Shown: piece after piece, positions 36,101-49,515 of the stretch
How the letters are laid out: each line of letters begins with the position of its first letter
Position numbering within the stretch: the first letter of the stretch is position 1
Assembly: GCF_003704095.1 (NCBI RefSeq)
Contig: NW_020846723.1
Location: 62,001-126,000, forward strand
DNA: 64,000 bases
DNA from: Pocillopora damicornis
Lineage: Eukaryota
Reading direction: 5' to 3'
Made by a program: the position numbers and the translations under genes
The notes under the pieces: model-generated
Databases searched by the model: none
What the model was told of the DNA's origin: nothing
What the model saw: the letters and a program-made list of their open reading frames with translations, nothing else

Positions 36101-39100
36101 GGAACTAAATATGTAGTATTAGTAAGGGTAGTTTTGCTTGTTTTGATAGTGAATATTATATAGATTTATACTATTAAGAATTAAATTTCTGTATTTCTGA
36201 ATTCTGTTACTCTGTCCTGGTCATTGATGTACACATACATGTAGCTGTAGATGAGTAGTTTGAGTAGGCTAAAATTTTTTAATTCAATTAATGTGATTGT
36301 CCCTACTACAAAAAGAACATGAATCTTTGAAATGGTTGGACTGTGGCTCAAAGGATGTGCTTGAAGTGCACTTCATCTGCTTTGGCAAGATTCAACCCAG
36401 ATTCTTATTGCCTATGAAGCTCTTTTTCAACATGTACTTAATAGTGAATTGGTTATTGCTTGGTTATGATGCATAGTTATCTAATTGCTGGAAAAAGAGT
36501 TTGTCTTTTATATTTGCAGTTTGGCTTCATCAAACCAGAATAGGTCTCAGTTTGTATGATGTTGCAGGACAAGGATACTTGAAAGAGTCGGTAAGCTTGT
36601 AAATACTGGTATCAGGGTAAACTGTACTCCCTGCATAAATCAATTTTTCATTACATGTTAAACAGCAATTTCTCTGTCAATTGATTAGTAACTCCTAATT
36701 TTTGGCTTTTGTCAATCTCACATCCGAAAATGTAATGGTTTTTCAAAGACATTAATAACTGAACAATGTGTCTTAGTTTTAATTTGCAAAGTAATTCCCT
36801 GCTTGGCTTCTCTTTAGTTGTGGATCCACTGTTGACAAGCTCACATATTTGCATATGGGCAAGAGTTGCTTATCCAAGAAGCAGTGCCAGTATCACTCAG
36901 TGTGGGAAAGAGATTGATTAAGAAATCATAAATTTGTGTTGAATAACTAAAAATTGCAATGCATCTGTTGAAAATTACTCATGACTGTTACAGGATATGA
37001 TTGTTTTATTATATTTTTCAGGACCTGGAAAATTATATTTTGGAGTTAATCCCAACCTTACCTCAGGTATTTTTTTTTATCTTTATACACATGTGCTTGG
37101 GCAATAATATATATTATGCTATGGAAATCAGTTGTTGTTCATCACTTGGTTATTCTTTATCACAACAGTGCACCACAGTGTACCACATCATATCACGGGA
37201 TGGTCTGTGCTAAGTTTAAAATGTTGAATATTTCAAAAAATACTTAATTTCACACTCTTTGATGGTTGTGCACAATATACAATACTTCACAATAAACAAG
37301 TATCAAGTATATGTAACTTTGTAATAATTACAGCCCGCACTGAAATGCTATTTATTTTTTTGGTGGTGTTGAGTGATATTGTCCAGTCGGACAACTCCCT
37401 TCCAATAATATTATTCAAGGAACAAGTGATTTTCGACAAGGGTGTAAAAGTGAGGTTCTTACATTTACATCATATTGGGGACCTTAAGCAAACCACGACA
37501 GTGAGGGCAATGAGGACATGGAAAAACAAAATATATAATTGGAAGAAAAATAGCTCAGCATGTGTGTTTTAAAACTTTGTACATTTCTTAGCTGTCCTAT
37601 GCAAAACAACAACATGAAATCACCACAATTTGTGTCTGCCAACCGAAACTGGGACAGCAAATTATTTTAATTTCCATTCGAAACCCAAAGCTTCTTTTAC
37701 ATGTTATGCTGAAGTTGAGGTGTGGTGCTGTATGAGATGGTAAACAAATGCAGCCATTTTTGAAATTCTAATTAAAGGGAGAAATTCATTTTTTAATTGA
37801 ATTCTTCTTTGGTGTTGCCGCCCTGACTGCTTAAGGTCCTATTGTTTTCCTATGGAGGCAGAGGGCTATTTTATCTTCAATAAAAAATGCCACAATACCT
37901 TTTGTTTTGTAGTTGGATGGCCTTGAGAAGTCATTTTATTCTTTCTATGTGTGCACTGCTGTTAGAAAGTTTTTCTTCTTTTTGGATCCTCTCAGGACAG
38001 GTAAGGAGGGTGGATAGGAAACCTGTTAAATTTTGAAAATATCTCTTTGCCCTTAATTCCACAAAATGCTTAGGCCAGACAGCAGCAGATACACCCCCTA
38101 AACAGTTGTGTCGTGGTTTCATGTTCCCACTGAAACTGGAGTATGTGAAGAGATAAGTTATTGCATTAAGTCACTGGCATTGCTGTTATACAAGTTACTG
38201 TGAATCATACAAATCTTGCTTTTAACCCCTTACTCCCTAACATCAATATGCGTATCCTTCATACTACTCCCTAGACATTTCCGAGGGTTCTGACAAGGAG
38301 AATCTCATGACCTTAATGTTTGATTCAGGGGTGATGTTGTAAGGAGAAATTAGATGTTAGTCAATCTTAGGAGTTAAAGGGTTAACTGGAACATTAAAAT
38401 TTGAACAGTCTGTGAACTTTTAATGCCTTGTTTCTCATGATGAAACTGTTATGTACATGTAGGTGACCCTCTCTACAAATATTTCCAGTAATTGTAGGTG
38501 CAGTGTTGTAATAAAACACAGAGGACAAATAGTGGATGTATTCCCTAGTTCTGTCACGTGGGTGAAACATGACTTGAAACCAATTAAAAATACACATTTT
38601 GATGATATAGTTCTAAACTGACTTCACCCTTGTAACGTGTTGAAGAAGAACACTATTTCACCTCTGCAGTAAGTGGTCTTTACAAACATCTGACAATCTA
38701 TTGGAGAGAGTATAGAAATAATTTTCTATAATTTGTTAAACCCTTTTCATCCAACAGGAAAAATAAAGATTCAAGACATCCTTGCCTGTAGTTTTCTGGA
38801 TGATCTCCTTGAGGTATGGCTGTCAACATCAACTACTCACTATTAAATGTTTCACAACAGTGATAATAATGTGTTGGAAATGCCACAAAGAAGATGAAAA
38901 CATAGAGACTATGAAATTTAATGGAAAATACCATAATCTTGGTTTCAATGTACTTATTGCCTCTGGTTATGGTGTCTTTTGATTATGTAATTCCAGTAAT
39001 TTTTTGAATGTGACTAACCTTAATAATTGTTATTGATATGTTGCACATGTGTGTGTGACTTGAGTATTTCCTACTTGGAATCATGACCTCTATAAACTAG

Positions 39101-42100
39101 GCAAATTTAGATATTTCTTCTTTCATTACAAACTATTATTTGTATCTGTGTAGTTGAATTGAGGTAAGAAAAATGTAGACAAGTAATTATTTGTGCTGTT
39201 GTAGCTGAGAGATGAAGACCTATCCAAAGAACAACAAGATGCAAACTGGTTTTCAGCACCCTCAGCATTAAGAGTCTATGGTAAGATTGTTTTGCATTGG
39301 TAGTCACACATGTATTAATTTTACTATCCTGACTCATTAAAAATGTTTAATAACCTCTAAACTCAACTCAGCTATTTCATTTCCATTAAAAAAAACTGTT
39401 TTAATTACTTTCCAGGGCAATATCTAAGTCTTGATACTGATCATAATGGAATGTTGAGTAAAGAAGAATTAGCAAGGTATGGTTCATGGCTACATTTGAA
39501 GTTGTTACACTTTGAATTAACACTCATTTTTAATTAAATATCTCAGAATGATCTTAATGTTGATAAACGTTAGTCTTAATGTTGTAGATATGGTTCAGGA
39601 ACCTTAACCAAGGTGTTTGTGGACAGAGTGTTTCAGGAATGTTTGACATATGATGGTGAAATGGTGAGTTAGTTAATGGTGGAGTAAGCATTGATAAAAA
39701 GACAACATTGACTACTTTAAGGAGCATTATTCACTTGAGGGTGATACATATCACACTCTTGAAAGGAGTAACAACAATTTGTCTGGAAGTATGACATCAT
39801 CTTACAATAGGTTTGTCAGAAACAAGCAGTGCTAGCCAGCCAAAAGATCTATGCTTGTTGTCAATCAGAATTGAGAAAGTGAAACTTACCTCTGTATGTG
39901 TACTAATGAGATGCTGTCCATCAATATTTAGTCTTTGTTAATTCAGTTGTCCAAAGTAATCTTTGACTTATTTGAACATGTGGTTAACCCCCTGTGAAGA
40001 CTAGAAAAGTAAAGGTCTCTTCCAGTCAACCTCATTAGGGAGTTTAGGAAATGACAGCGACACCATGGACATTGTCAATTACAAAATGAACCTATATTTT
40101 ACCTATGAATCTCGTGATGACCTAAAGTAATTTAGTTTGTTGCTTACTCTCAAAACTATTTCGAAACTGAGTATGGAACACAGCATTAAATTAGAAATAG
40201 AAATTTACAAAATTAGCAGTCATTGTTCACATTCTCCAGACAACACAAAGTTATTTCATGTTGTTGTTTTGCAGAGGATACAAAGAAATTTACAAAGATG
40301 TTGAACGCATGAGCACAGCCATTGTTCTACTCATTAAACCTTTTGTTTAGTGACATTCCTGTTGCCATTGCTGTCATAATTTTCTTAAACTCTCCATTAG
40401 GATAACTGAAGACACTTGCATTATGTACTTTATAGTGTGTTTGGACATGCAGTGTTGTAATGGCCTAGTCTGAGTAGTTTTATTCTGTGCTGATACTCCT
40501 AATCGAGAAGGAAATGTTTTGTGCCTGTTGATGCAGTTTTTAGCAGGACAGCTGATGTTTTTACCAGGAAAATTAGGTGCGCCAACACCATTTTCAGCTA
40601 TGCAGCAAATTTAGTTCCACTTATAATTTTACTTAACAAGCTACCGTAATGAAATGTGGATGATATTTTTGTTACAGGACTACAAAACATATTTGGATTT
40701 TGTGCTTGCATTAGAAAACAGAAAAGAACCACAGGTTGGTGTCATTACACACAAAAATGTTCAGAGAAATGCTTGCTCTAATGGTCATACGAACAAGTCC
40801 GTGATATACATGTACATTTACATTTAGCTTAGTTATTGATTTATTTTTAGCATGGGACAAAGAAAATTCCATGACCTGTGCTAGAATTTGAACTGAAGAC
40901 CTTGTAATTATACAGTTGATATACTTTATGCACTGAATTACAGATAACTTGTCCATGGATTGGGTCATCTGTGACAAAGTGTTCATTACAGTTTATTGTA
41001 CTTTGTATAAACACACTCAGAACCATGCACCAGCTCTGTTTTGTGATATTTCCTTTGGAGCATCAGTGAGATTTTTTGTATAACTTTCTATTTTTTGTTT
41101 CCACAAGGCACTGCAGTACATGTTTAGGATCCTGGATGTGCAGGTATATCCAACATTAATTTTTTTTTTAAAGGTGGTGCTCTGCCAACTTGTGCTTTGT
41201 TGGCCCAGTCATCCTCCCACCTGCATGTACATGATGTTAAATCAGCTAATAATATTAATGTGATTTGAAACAAATACCCAACTTTCTTGATTGTACAAAA
41301 CATTTTTTCAGTCAATTAACACATGTATGTGAAATGCCAGATTTTGATTGCCTAGAATGTGTCATGCCTGTGACTTTGCAATCACATGCTCTGACTATGC
41401 TGAAGAAGACTTGTTGGATAGTTAGGCCTTTAAACAGAGGTCTTGTGACATATAAACTACATGCTGTCAGACGTATAAGGTAGTTAGGGCTTTTAAACTG
41501 AGTTCTTATGAATTATTTACCGCATGTTGTCAGAGTTTGACTGCTTCAAAACATGTTATAGTATTTTTCTTACTTTACATATCAGATTACCATAGCAACA
41601 GCTTTAACTGTTATGTGCACATTTAAATTTTGACGAGTGCTAGTAGCATTGAAACAACTTCAGGGTTGGATACCCATATGCATGTAAGAGGATGTACATA
41701 AGAAGAGAACTTAATGAAAACCTAAAAATAATATAATGTGGGGCCTCTAAGCCCCCCAAAATGCTTAATTTGTGGCTTTTTATTTGATATCCACTTGTTT
41801 GTCTCTGTTTCAGGCTGTTGGACATCTCAACATCTTTTCATTAAACTTCTTCTTTAGGGTGAGTTTTTGGAAATAATTTTCAGAATGATCATATTTTAAG
41901 GAATGGGTCTGCCAGTCAGACTTCAGCCAGGCAATCTTTTGTTTATAGGAAATTCAAGAGGAGATGAAAAAGCATGGACATGAGCCAGTGAAGTTTCTTG
42001 ATGTTAAGGTAATGAGTGACTGATATTACTGTTGTAGTTTTTGTAGCCATAAAAACATGTCATGGTAATGTAGTTTGTATAGAAGCCCCTACCCTTCAGT

Positions 42101-43172
42101 GTTTAGAGTAGGGAGCAGCAGTGCACAGGCTTTGGCACATTAGATCATCCCTCCTTGGTGTGAAGCTCAGAAAGAATTATTTTCTTTTAATTCTCCATTC
42201 TTGCAACTTTCATGAATCAGTTGCAAGAATCTGTCTCAAGAATGGAGAATAGAGTTTTTGAGCTAAGACTTACCGCTTACTTTCAAGTTATGCTGATCAA
42301 ACTGTACCAGTAACATGTAAGAGATTCTGGGAGCTGAAATGCTGTATGAGTTATAGTCTTCAATCTTTGTTTTTGTTTAGTCTGTTGGCAGGGTGAAGAA
42401 CTTACTATGATAATTTAATGTTTCTCTTGGAAAACAACCATGAGATCAGTGTGTTGTGTTTGATTTGCAAGCTTGAAATTTTCTGTGGTATCTTTTTGTG
42501 CATATTACATGGAGTGACTTCTCCATTTTTTTTTTCTGAAAAGCTTTTTGTCATTCTACTGCCTGCTGAAACCTACTGGTCATATTATTTTTCAGGATGA
42601 GATTTTTGATATGGTCAAGCCTGAGGATCCTTACAAAATTACTCTGCAAGATCTTGTTAACAGGTCAGGCAAGAATTAACATCATTTGGTAAACTTTGGT
42701 AACATCAGTTTGCAGTAGTTTCCTTTCTGTTTAGCCTGGTCTAAGCCCCCTCTTTGGTAATCAACTGTTTCAAGGGGAACTGACATCATTGGTCTCAGAA
42801 TTACTCTTAGGCTGACTAAATTTCTTTGGAATCAATTTGTAACTCAACCTTGTGCTTGCTAAAGCTAGTGATTTTTATTTGCGCCCCCCCCCCCCTTCCC
42901 CACTCCCCTCAGAGTTGTCAGGGCAGGACAGGCCATAGGGTGGTTATTAGGGAGATTGGATATCCTTTTGGAGTGCTTTGTTGTTCTTGATGACCATACA
43001 ATGCAGTACAAATGGGGAATTTTTGGGTTTCACTAATTAACTGAGTTGTTGTTAAATTGACAGTGGTCAAGGGGAGACAGTGACAAGTATTCTGATTGAT
43101 TTGAATGGCTTTTGGACCTATGAGAACCGGGAACTTCTGGTACAAGATGGTAATAATGAAGACCATCCATGA
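33141..43172 (+). CDS. PPP2R3C: PP2A regulatory subunit B'' gamma. Exons: 33141-33210, 33300-33427, 33785-33889, 34024-34080, [one exon missing], 35363-35419, 35796-35836, 36520-36590, 37022-37066, 37913-38000, 38758-38813, 39205-39280, 39416-39476, 39588-39663, 40678-40734, 41108-41143, 41814-41858, 41949-42008, 42596-42663, 43064-43172
   Basis: Peptides nearly identical to vertebrate PPP2R3C: EDEVLLQKLREESRAVFLQRKSRELLDN, ISIMQFFNYVMRKVWLHQTRIGLSLYDVAGQGYL, DLENYILELIPTLPQLDGLEKSFYSFYVCTAVRKFFFFLDP, EF-hand DTDHNGMLSKEE, and LIDLNGFWTYENRE. Confidence 0.95.
34561..34660. other. Assembly gap (100 N, probably an unknown-size placeholder)
   Basis: N run of exactly 100. Confidence 1.
37477..37841. 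mobile_element. TIR MITE family B in a PPP2R3C intron
   Basis: Ends ggaccttaagca ... tgcttaaggtcc are inverted repeats. Confidence 0.6.
38222..38385 (-). mobile_element. piggyBac-type MITE family A, internally deleted reverse copy 4
   Basis: TTAA-CCCCTT ... AAAGGG-TTAA, with TTAA on both sides; the interior matches family A. Confidence 0.8.
40036..40398. mobile_element. TIR MITE (family B-related)
   Basis: gggagtttaggaaatgacagc ... gctgtcataattttcttaaactctc imperfect inverted ends. Confidence 0.5.
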
Positions 43173-43714
43173 AGACACTGAAACAGAAATGTGCATCTTT
43201 CTCATCTGGGCTTCCTAGGCACCTGTTAACATCGTTGAAGCTAGCGGGTCACTTAAAATGTCGAGGAAACTGGCTTCGAATTGGCTTCTGAAAGTTTTCT
43301 AGGTGTGTGAAATTAAGACTCGAGTGGTATTAGAACCAGGATATATGTTTTTTGTCGCCTTTGTGACGGTCTTTAACATGAATTTTGTCGGTGTAGTCAT
43401 CATTCCCCCTCCCCTCTTTAAGAGGAATGTCCATCACAGAATTGCCTCTGGTACGATTTAGACACTTGTGTTCTTTAGATTTATAAACATTTTGTGTTCC
43501 ATTTTGACACAGTAAACTTGGGTCAATAGTTCCATTCGTATGGAACCCATCAAGAGGCTATGTACTCTAAATTGAGCAAACAACTTTGCTTAAATAAACG
43601 ATTAAAAAAAACTTAAATGGCATCTTCTTTTTTGGTAATGAATGATCGAGCTTCAAAGCAAGTTTCTATGAATGAAAATCATGCATGTAAATGTTTCTTT
43701 TCAAACTATGTGTG

Positions 43715-44290
43715 AAATTAGCGCAGCTGGGTCCCATTTTGGTCCCCTTGGCTACACCATTAGTTTGTTTGTGATAGTTGCGACCGAATGAAAAGCAATT
43801 AAGTGTTGGTACTAGTTCGGCTTGACGGAGTAGTGTTTCATCGCTAGGTTCCTTAACAGTGCGTAGATCGAAAAATGTTTGAGGGCTAGGAGACCTTCGT
43901 CATTGGGAACGACAGTATAAAGAGATGTAATATCCATAGTATAAAGAAGTTTGTCGTGGCCAAGGAAATTAAAGTCGCGAAAATTTAAGTGTGTGTTAAT
44001 GTGTGATAGTAAAGTTTTGACGATAGGTGCCATAAATTTTGTCAAAATAGCTGGAAATAAGTTCGGTGGGACAACTGCAAGTAGAGACGATGGGTCGACC
44101 TGGGTTATTAGGTTTGTGGATTTTGGGTATAAAGTAAATACACGAAGTTCCATGAGTGGTAATGGTGAGACTTTTTGTCGTGGCCGGCAATTCTTGATTA
44201 GCTATAAGAGCGTTAAACGTGTTGTTGACAATGCTTTGATTCAGAGACTGGTACTTTATTTTCGCAACCTCCACTTATTTCATTCAAACA
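43715..44290 (-). mobile_element. Penelope-like retroelement reverse transcriptase fragment (frameshifted)
   Basis: IYFIPKIHKPNNPGRPIVS, YTMDITSLYT and QTNGVAKGTKMGPSCANF occur in successive frames; these are classic PLE RT motifs. Confidence 0.85.
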
Positions 44291-44409
44291 CGATAAAAAC
44301 ATAGGCAACTTTTTGGTCAGAATTTCATTTCAAACCAATGACTAACCTGTAACTTTCAAATTGCGCTCGCTCACGATGCAAAACTTGTCCTTTCATACAC
44401 AACGTAGAG

Positions 44410-44610
44410 AAAATGTCGGGACCCAAGAGATCCATCAAGATCACTGATCACTTCACGTGCACCTCAGCCAATGTCATCTGTTACATAACGAGTTCTCATT
44501 GCAAAAAAAATTTTACATTGGTGAAACAGGAAGAAGTCTAGGTGACAGATTCCAAGAACACCTTCGCGAAAGAAATGACATGGACGCATCTAAACCAGTC
44601 GCCAGACACA
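44410..44610 (+). mobile_element. Penelope GIY-YIG endonuclease fragment
   Basis: GPKRSIKITDHFTCTSANVI, then YIGETGRSLGDRFQEHLR...ASKPVARH. Confidence 0.8.
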
Positions 44611-46338
44611 GGTTACTTCCCACCGTCACGTGTGACCTTCGGGAAAAAATTCGCGCACGCGCTATTTTCACTAATCAAACCTTTAACCTTTGTGATATTG
44701 TGAACATGTTCCCCTGTTGGCCACTTTGCAGGTGTAATTTTTACAATCTCCAAAGGCAAACTCGTCAATGTGTTGTGTGGGCTTCAATTCGGAGGTCAAC
44801 TCGCCCAAAAAATCCGGCACCCGTCCTGGGATTCCACCCTTCAGGATCACAACGAAATATGATTAAATCTGTGTCAGTATAGCGGCTCTTTCTTGTAACT
44901 TGTCCAAAACATCTCGATATAATTTAAGTCTAGCCCACATGGTTGTAAACAAAGCTACTACAAGATGAGTATTATTTTGTGTGTCCACAAAATCCCTTTT
45001 GGCAGTCGGTCTCACTAAGATGTTATTAGCATTAATTTGCTTACCCGACGCAGAGAAAGATTCGCTCATCAACAACTCGTGAAAACGTGCTATGTCCTGA
45101 ACAATTTCAGTTGCCGGTTTGTTGGGTTTTTTTCCCAAAAAACTCCCAGACATTGTTAAGCAGTTCCTTGGCTCCAGTGGGTTCTGAAGGGTTTATTCCA
45201 ATTTGATCGCACTCGAGCCGTACGCCTTTTTTGCTCTTGTAATTCGCAATGTGCTACCGCGTGCGCTCTTTTGATGTACACCACGAGAGCCACCCACTTG
45301 CTTGTTGCTTGACTTTTTAAAAAGCGTGAATTTTGACAACCTTGTGGCCCCTGTGCACGGCATGATATACTTCTGGTGACCCCAAATGCCCCTAAGCATT
45401 TGCTGATCTTCGGTGTGCGTACATTTCTGCATGTTATGCATTTTCATTCCTGTTAACTTATACACCACTTAAACCAATCTCTTCGTATGACAATGATGAC
45501 TAGAGGTCATCGACGTGACATTTTTTAGATGCATACTTTTCCAGTCGGAGGGTTAAACGAAGTCAATCCTCCTAGACACAATATTAATAATGTTAACATT
45601 TTAAGAAAGAACCCACTCGCCCTTGGAGTTGTTTTCAGTAAGTGCCATATTCGCATAAAGCTGTTGTTGCTTGTTTGAGGGAGAAAGAATCGGGTTTATG
45701 AGCGGAACAATCAATCAATACTTTTCAATTAGGTTTTCTTAGGTTACTTTTATTGTAAAAATTATCTTGTATCGCTGAAAATAAAATTCTCTTCGAGATC
45801 CCTTCTCATTCAAAAAGTAAAAATTTACATTCCAAACCCAATCAAAACTCATCATATAATTTCTTAATTTAAAAAAATTTACTTCAGTAGAAATGTTTGA
45901 AAAGGTTCCTTACAGGCATCATTCATTGACGAAGTGTGTGACATTTCTAGGATCAGTGGTGTTCTACACAGACTTTGGAAGACTCTTTTCCAGTTTAAAT
46001 CACTACGAGAAAATATAATCCCGTGAAAGAGCCGCTTTACAGCCCAAATTCTGCGTGTTATAGCAGTTACAAGATATGACACGATTAAAACTAAACAAAG
46101 TACACTGCAGGGTTACGTCGTTGAATGTCAGACCTTCATGAATTTGTTGTTTTGTTGCCCCATTTGAGAGCAAGTTGTCTTAACTAAATATTTATTATTT
46201 TTAAATCTTGTAAAAATATCCAAATATATAAATATTTGTCGTGAATGGGTCTCGAAAAGGTCTGTTCGAAACGTCCTCGCGGTAATTTTGGCATTCATCT
46301 CTCTTTCTTGAACGGATCCAGGAGTTTAATCGACTTCC

Positions 46339-49300
46339 TCACTGCACGTGTCTTTTTTTGTGGAGCAGACGAAGACCAGACTGATTCAGCCATGGTTGAG
46401 TATGGCTGAGTTGTCGTAAACCTCTGGCTGCTGCTGCCGTCAACGACGACATCGGAATTTGAGACTGTGGTTTTCGGCTTATCACAGCCCGCCCAACCTG
46501 TGCCCGCTGAAGCAGTGGATAACTATAGGTGTGAAAAGAACCTTGTGCATTGCGTGCAAAACTTGCCTGCTGTTTTGGAATAGTGTTTCTGTAGTAAAAC
46601 TTTCCAGGGAAACTTGCTGCATTGGGTGGAGTATTAACAACACGTGGGAAAACAGGAAAGCGAGCGCGAGAAACTGCAACACTGTGAGGATTATATTGAA
46701 AGTGAGATTGAATAGCACCTCTAGTTTGACCAGGAACACCCGTAAGGGATGCTGGGTAGGGGTAACGATTGTATGGTTGTGCCAGAGGTACCCTCCCGGG
46801 GATAAGTGCCCTCACTTGTTGATGAAAGTGATTCCGTTGTCTCTGTAGCTGACCATATGCATTTCCCTGAAGCGGCTCGGTAGACTTGATGCCTTTGGAC
46901 CTGTAATAGTCTCTATATGAATTCGGGAAGGTAAATGTAAACGTGGTGTAAAATGGTCGTTGTATGTTCGATCTGTGTGGCACTCCTGCAAAAAAGATAG
47001 AAAAAAAATTATTGAAATTTGTACACGGTAACGATGTCTGGTAACCATCGTGGAGATTATACACAGAAGCCTTACAAAATCTGTCGTGCACTTTCTACAA
47101 AATGTTTCCACGAAAGAGCAGTTGAAGCCTTCAATCTGAAATGTTTAACGCAGATTTAGGAACCACCTTAAGGGGGCGGAGGGTATTGGGGAGGATTACA
47201 TGGTTTTCAGGGGGAGCAGAGGGGGATCAGTCGTCGACATCAGAATATAAAGAAGGATGATAGAAAATTGACAGTCAATGAATTGGGGGGAGGGGGGCGG
47301 GTCATAAGAATATTACATAGAGACCCCCCCCCCCCCCCCCCACCCCGGCACTAAATATCGACTGGTTCCTCATGCCGGATAGGGTGCTATTTATCAGTGA
47401 ATGAAAACAAACCATGAATCAAATTCTGCGCCGGCAGAGCCTGCACTGGTAATCCTTGACTTGCGGAGACTTGACTTCGCACAGGAATAGCCGGTGGTCG
47501 CCTACTCGACACTCCATCACCATACGACTGTGTCCGCTGACCAGCAACCGAGTAGCCAGTTGTTTTTCTTTGACTACCATGCATGGTCCGAGAGTGAAAA
47601 GAAATGTTTGGTGAATCTGATTCGAAGAGGAAAGAAAAAAATCATAACTAGTTTAGGAAATTTATCCGAAAACTACATGGGAATTTTTTACTCTCAAGCT
47701 CTTACATTTTACACTCTGAAGCCCACTATTGGACATATATCCTGCTGTTTGTTGTGGTACTGTGAATTTCTGCAATCCTTGTTGATTTGTAGCTGCATAA
47801 TGGCTCTGGAGATTTGAACTGGCATCGTAAGAAACTTTTTTACGCCCGTTTATTGGAAGCTGGCCTTCATTTACTCCATGTCCCTGGGCTTCCTTTTTCT
47901 TTTGTGGAGAGTCACCAAAGCTTGTTGTCTTCTGCTTTTTGGGACTCACGGGATTTCCAACTACTGCAGGCTGCTTTCTTTTAGAGCCAGTTGTACTAAC
48001 GTGTTGTTCAGTAGCCATAGTAACGTGGTCATCCGCTGATCCCTCGCCACTTCCACTTCCACTTTCCTGTATCGCAGAATCAAGGAAGTTAAACAGCCTC
48101 TTCACGCCATCTTTCCTCTTAAAAGGAATTTCAGATTTCTTGGTATGGAGTTCAGCGGTTGCATGTTTATTACCATCATCTGGAAGCGCGTGGATCTGCT
48201 GATAGAGCCACTGAGGTGAGGGTCTGCCTGAGACTAAAGGAATACGTAAGAGTTAGTGGTCTCAATAAGTTAATGAAGGGACTGGTATACAGCTGTTTTA
48301 AGAGAGGTTGTCAGTAAAAAGGACAAAAGTGCACGCGACGATCTCGAAAGGTAATGTGGACATCTGATAATCGGTGAATTTTAATGAGTAAATTCATAAA
48401 TGAATTCATCGAACTCGCGATGCCTTGCCCATTTTCTCAAATTTTCCTAAAAACCTAAGGTCAAGGAACCGTGACCTGAAAACTACTCGAAATACCTTTC
48501 GGAGTAATCGCGTTCACTTTTACGCTTTTTTTCCGAAAACCTTTCTCGAAACAGCTGTATATAAATAGCCATAACCGCCAAACTATCGAGTTCCATCTGT
48601 TCTGTTCTGTTTAATACTGAACCGTATTAACGCATCGATATTTATGCAATTTCAGTATGGATTACTTTGAGTTAAATACCAGCTAGTCCCGGTTGTTTGA
48701 TGGGTGGATAACGTTATCCGCTGGATAAATCTCTATCCTGTGGATAGCGCGGTACTTTTTGGTGACACTTATCCGTTGGAAAGCGTTATCAGCCCTTTGA
48801 ACAACTGGGTCCAGATGACCAACCTATGACTCTCCAGCGAAGACACAGAAAATTTATTTTAAGCACCGCAGAGCTTCCTAGTTTTGCCTTATTATTTTGA
48901 TTCCGTTCGTTTGTATGTTTTGTTCAGCTACCCTCACAAGGTAACTGATTACATCCGTAATCATAACCATTACAATTTCCTCAAATGTGATTGGTGCATC
49001 AGCTGCTCCATTTTTCACTAATCATTCTGTACAGTTGTAATCGGACAGTTGGCTGTAATTGGACACCTGTAAGCGGACAGTTGAAGCAGCCAATCATACT
49101 AGGTCCACTCAGCTAAATCCACCAATCACAGAATCGATCACAATAACCATAGCAACAAGGCAATTTCCAAAATGGAGGAATAATTAACTTAAGACATTGT
49201 CTCCACTAGAGATATTTGTTCTAGGTGTATTTGCTTTTTCGGAAATTGAAATGGTTATGATTAACTGGTAACAGGATTTCTTGTCGTCCAATTCTGTCAG

Positions 49301-49515
49301 TAACATACTCGTGATAAACAAATCGGACTCCCGCTTTGATTTTGTTAATCACTCGTATGATTACAGACCGAATTGGACTCCACTCGGTCCTATTACCATT
49401 ATTTACATTAGAAAATGTCACTGGATATGCAAAAATTTGAAAACTGGATGCTTGCTCACTCACCCAAACTACATAGTGATCCGAACAGGAGGAGAAACGA
49501 GATCAGGAGATGCAT
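46339..49515 (-). CDS. Uncharacterised secreted low-complexity protein, about 476 aa. Coding exons: 49515-49464, 48233-47706, 47616-47413, 46985-46339; probable 5'UTR exon 50374-50328
   Basis: Signal peptide MHLLISFLLLFGSLCSLVSG, three phase-1 GT-AG introns with pyrimidine tracts, and a 1431-nt uninterrupted frame that joins three separate ORF-track fragments. Confidence 0.8.
47160..47370. repeat. G/C-rich interspersed repeat with an inverted related copy at about 54540-54745
   Basis: acatggttttcagggg...gggatca...tagaaaattgac matches the reverse complement of gtcacttttcta...tgatccc...cccctgataaccatgt. Confidence 0.55.
48286..48562. mobile_element. TIR MITE with TA flanks (Tc1/mariner-like)
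   Basis: tatacagctgttt ... aaacagctgtata inverted ends. Confidence 0.65.
48683..48814. mobile_element. Palindromic MITE with internal ggata/tatcc repeats
   Basis: cccggttgtttga ... tttgaacaactggg ends and multiple ggataa/ttatcc units. Confidence 0.6.
48945..49400. repeat. Interspersed repeat with gtaat.ggaca units
   Basis: Internal tandem tgtaatcggacag units and a tail gattacagaccgaattggactccactcggtcctattaccatta; resembles repeats I recall as abundant in anthozoan assemblies. Confidence 0.55.

Noticed and set aside
41144-41813. Third U12 intron candidate in PPP2R3C (GTATATCC)
   Set aside because: It does not match GTATCCT, has no U12 branch sequence, and has a normal pyrimidine tract, so I treat it as U2.
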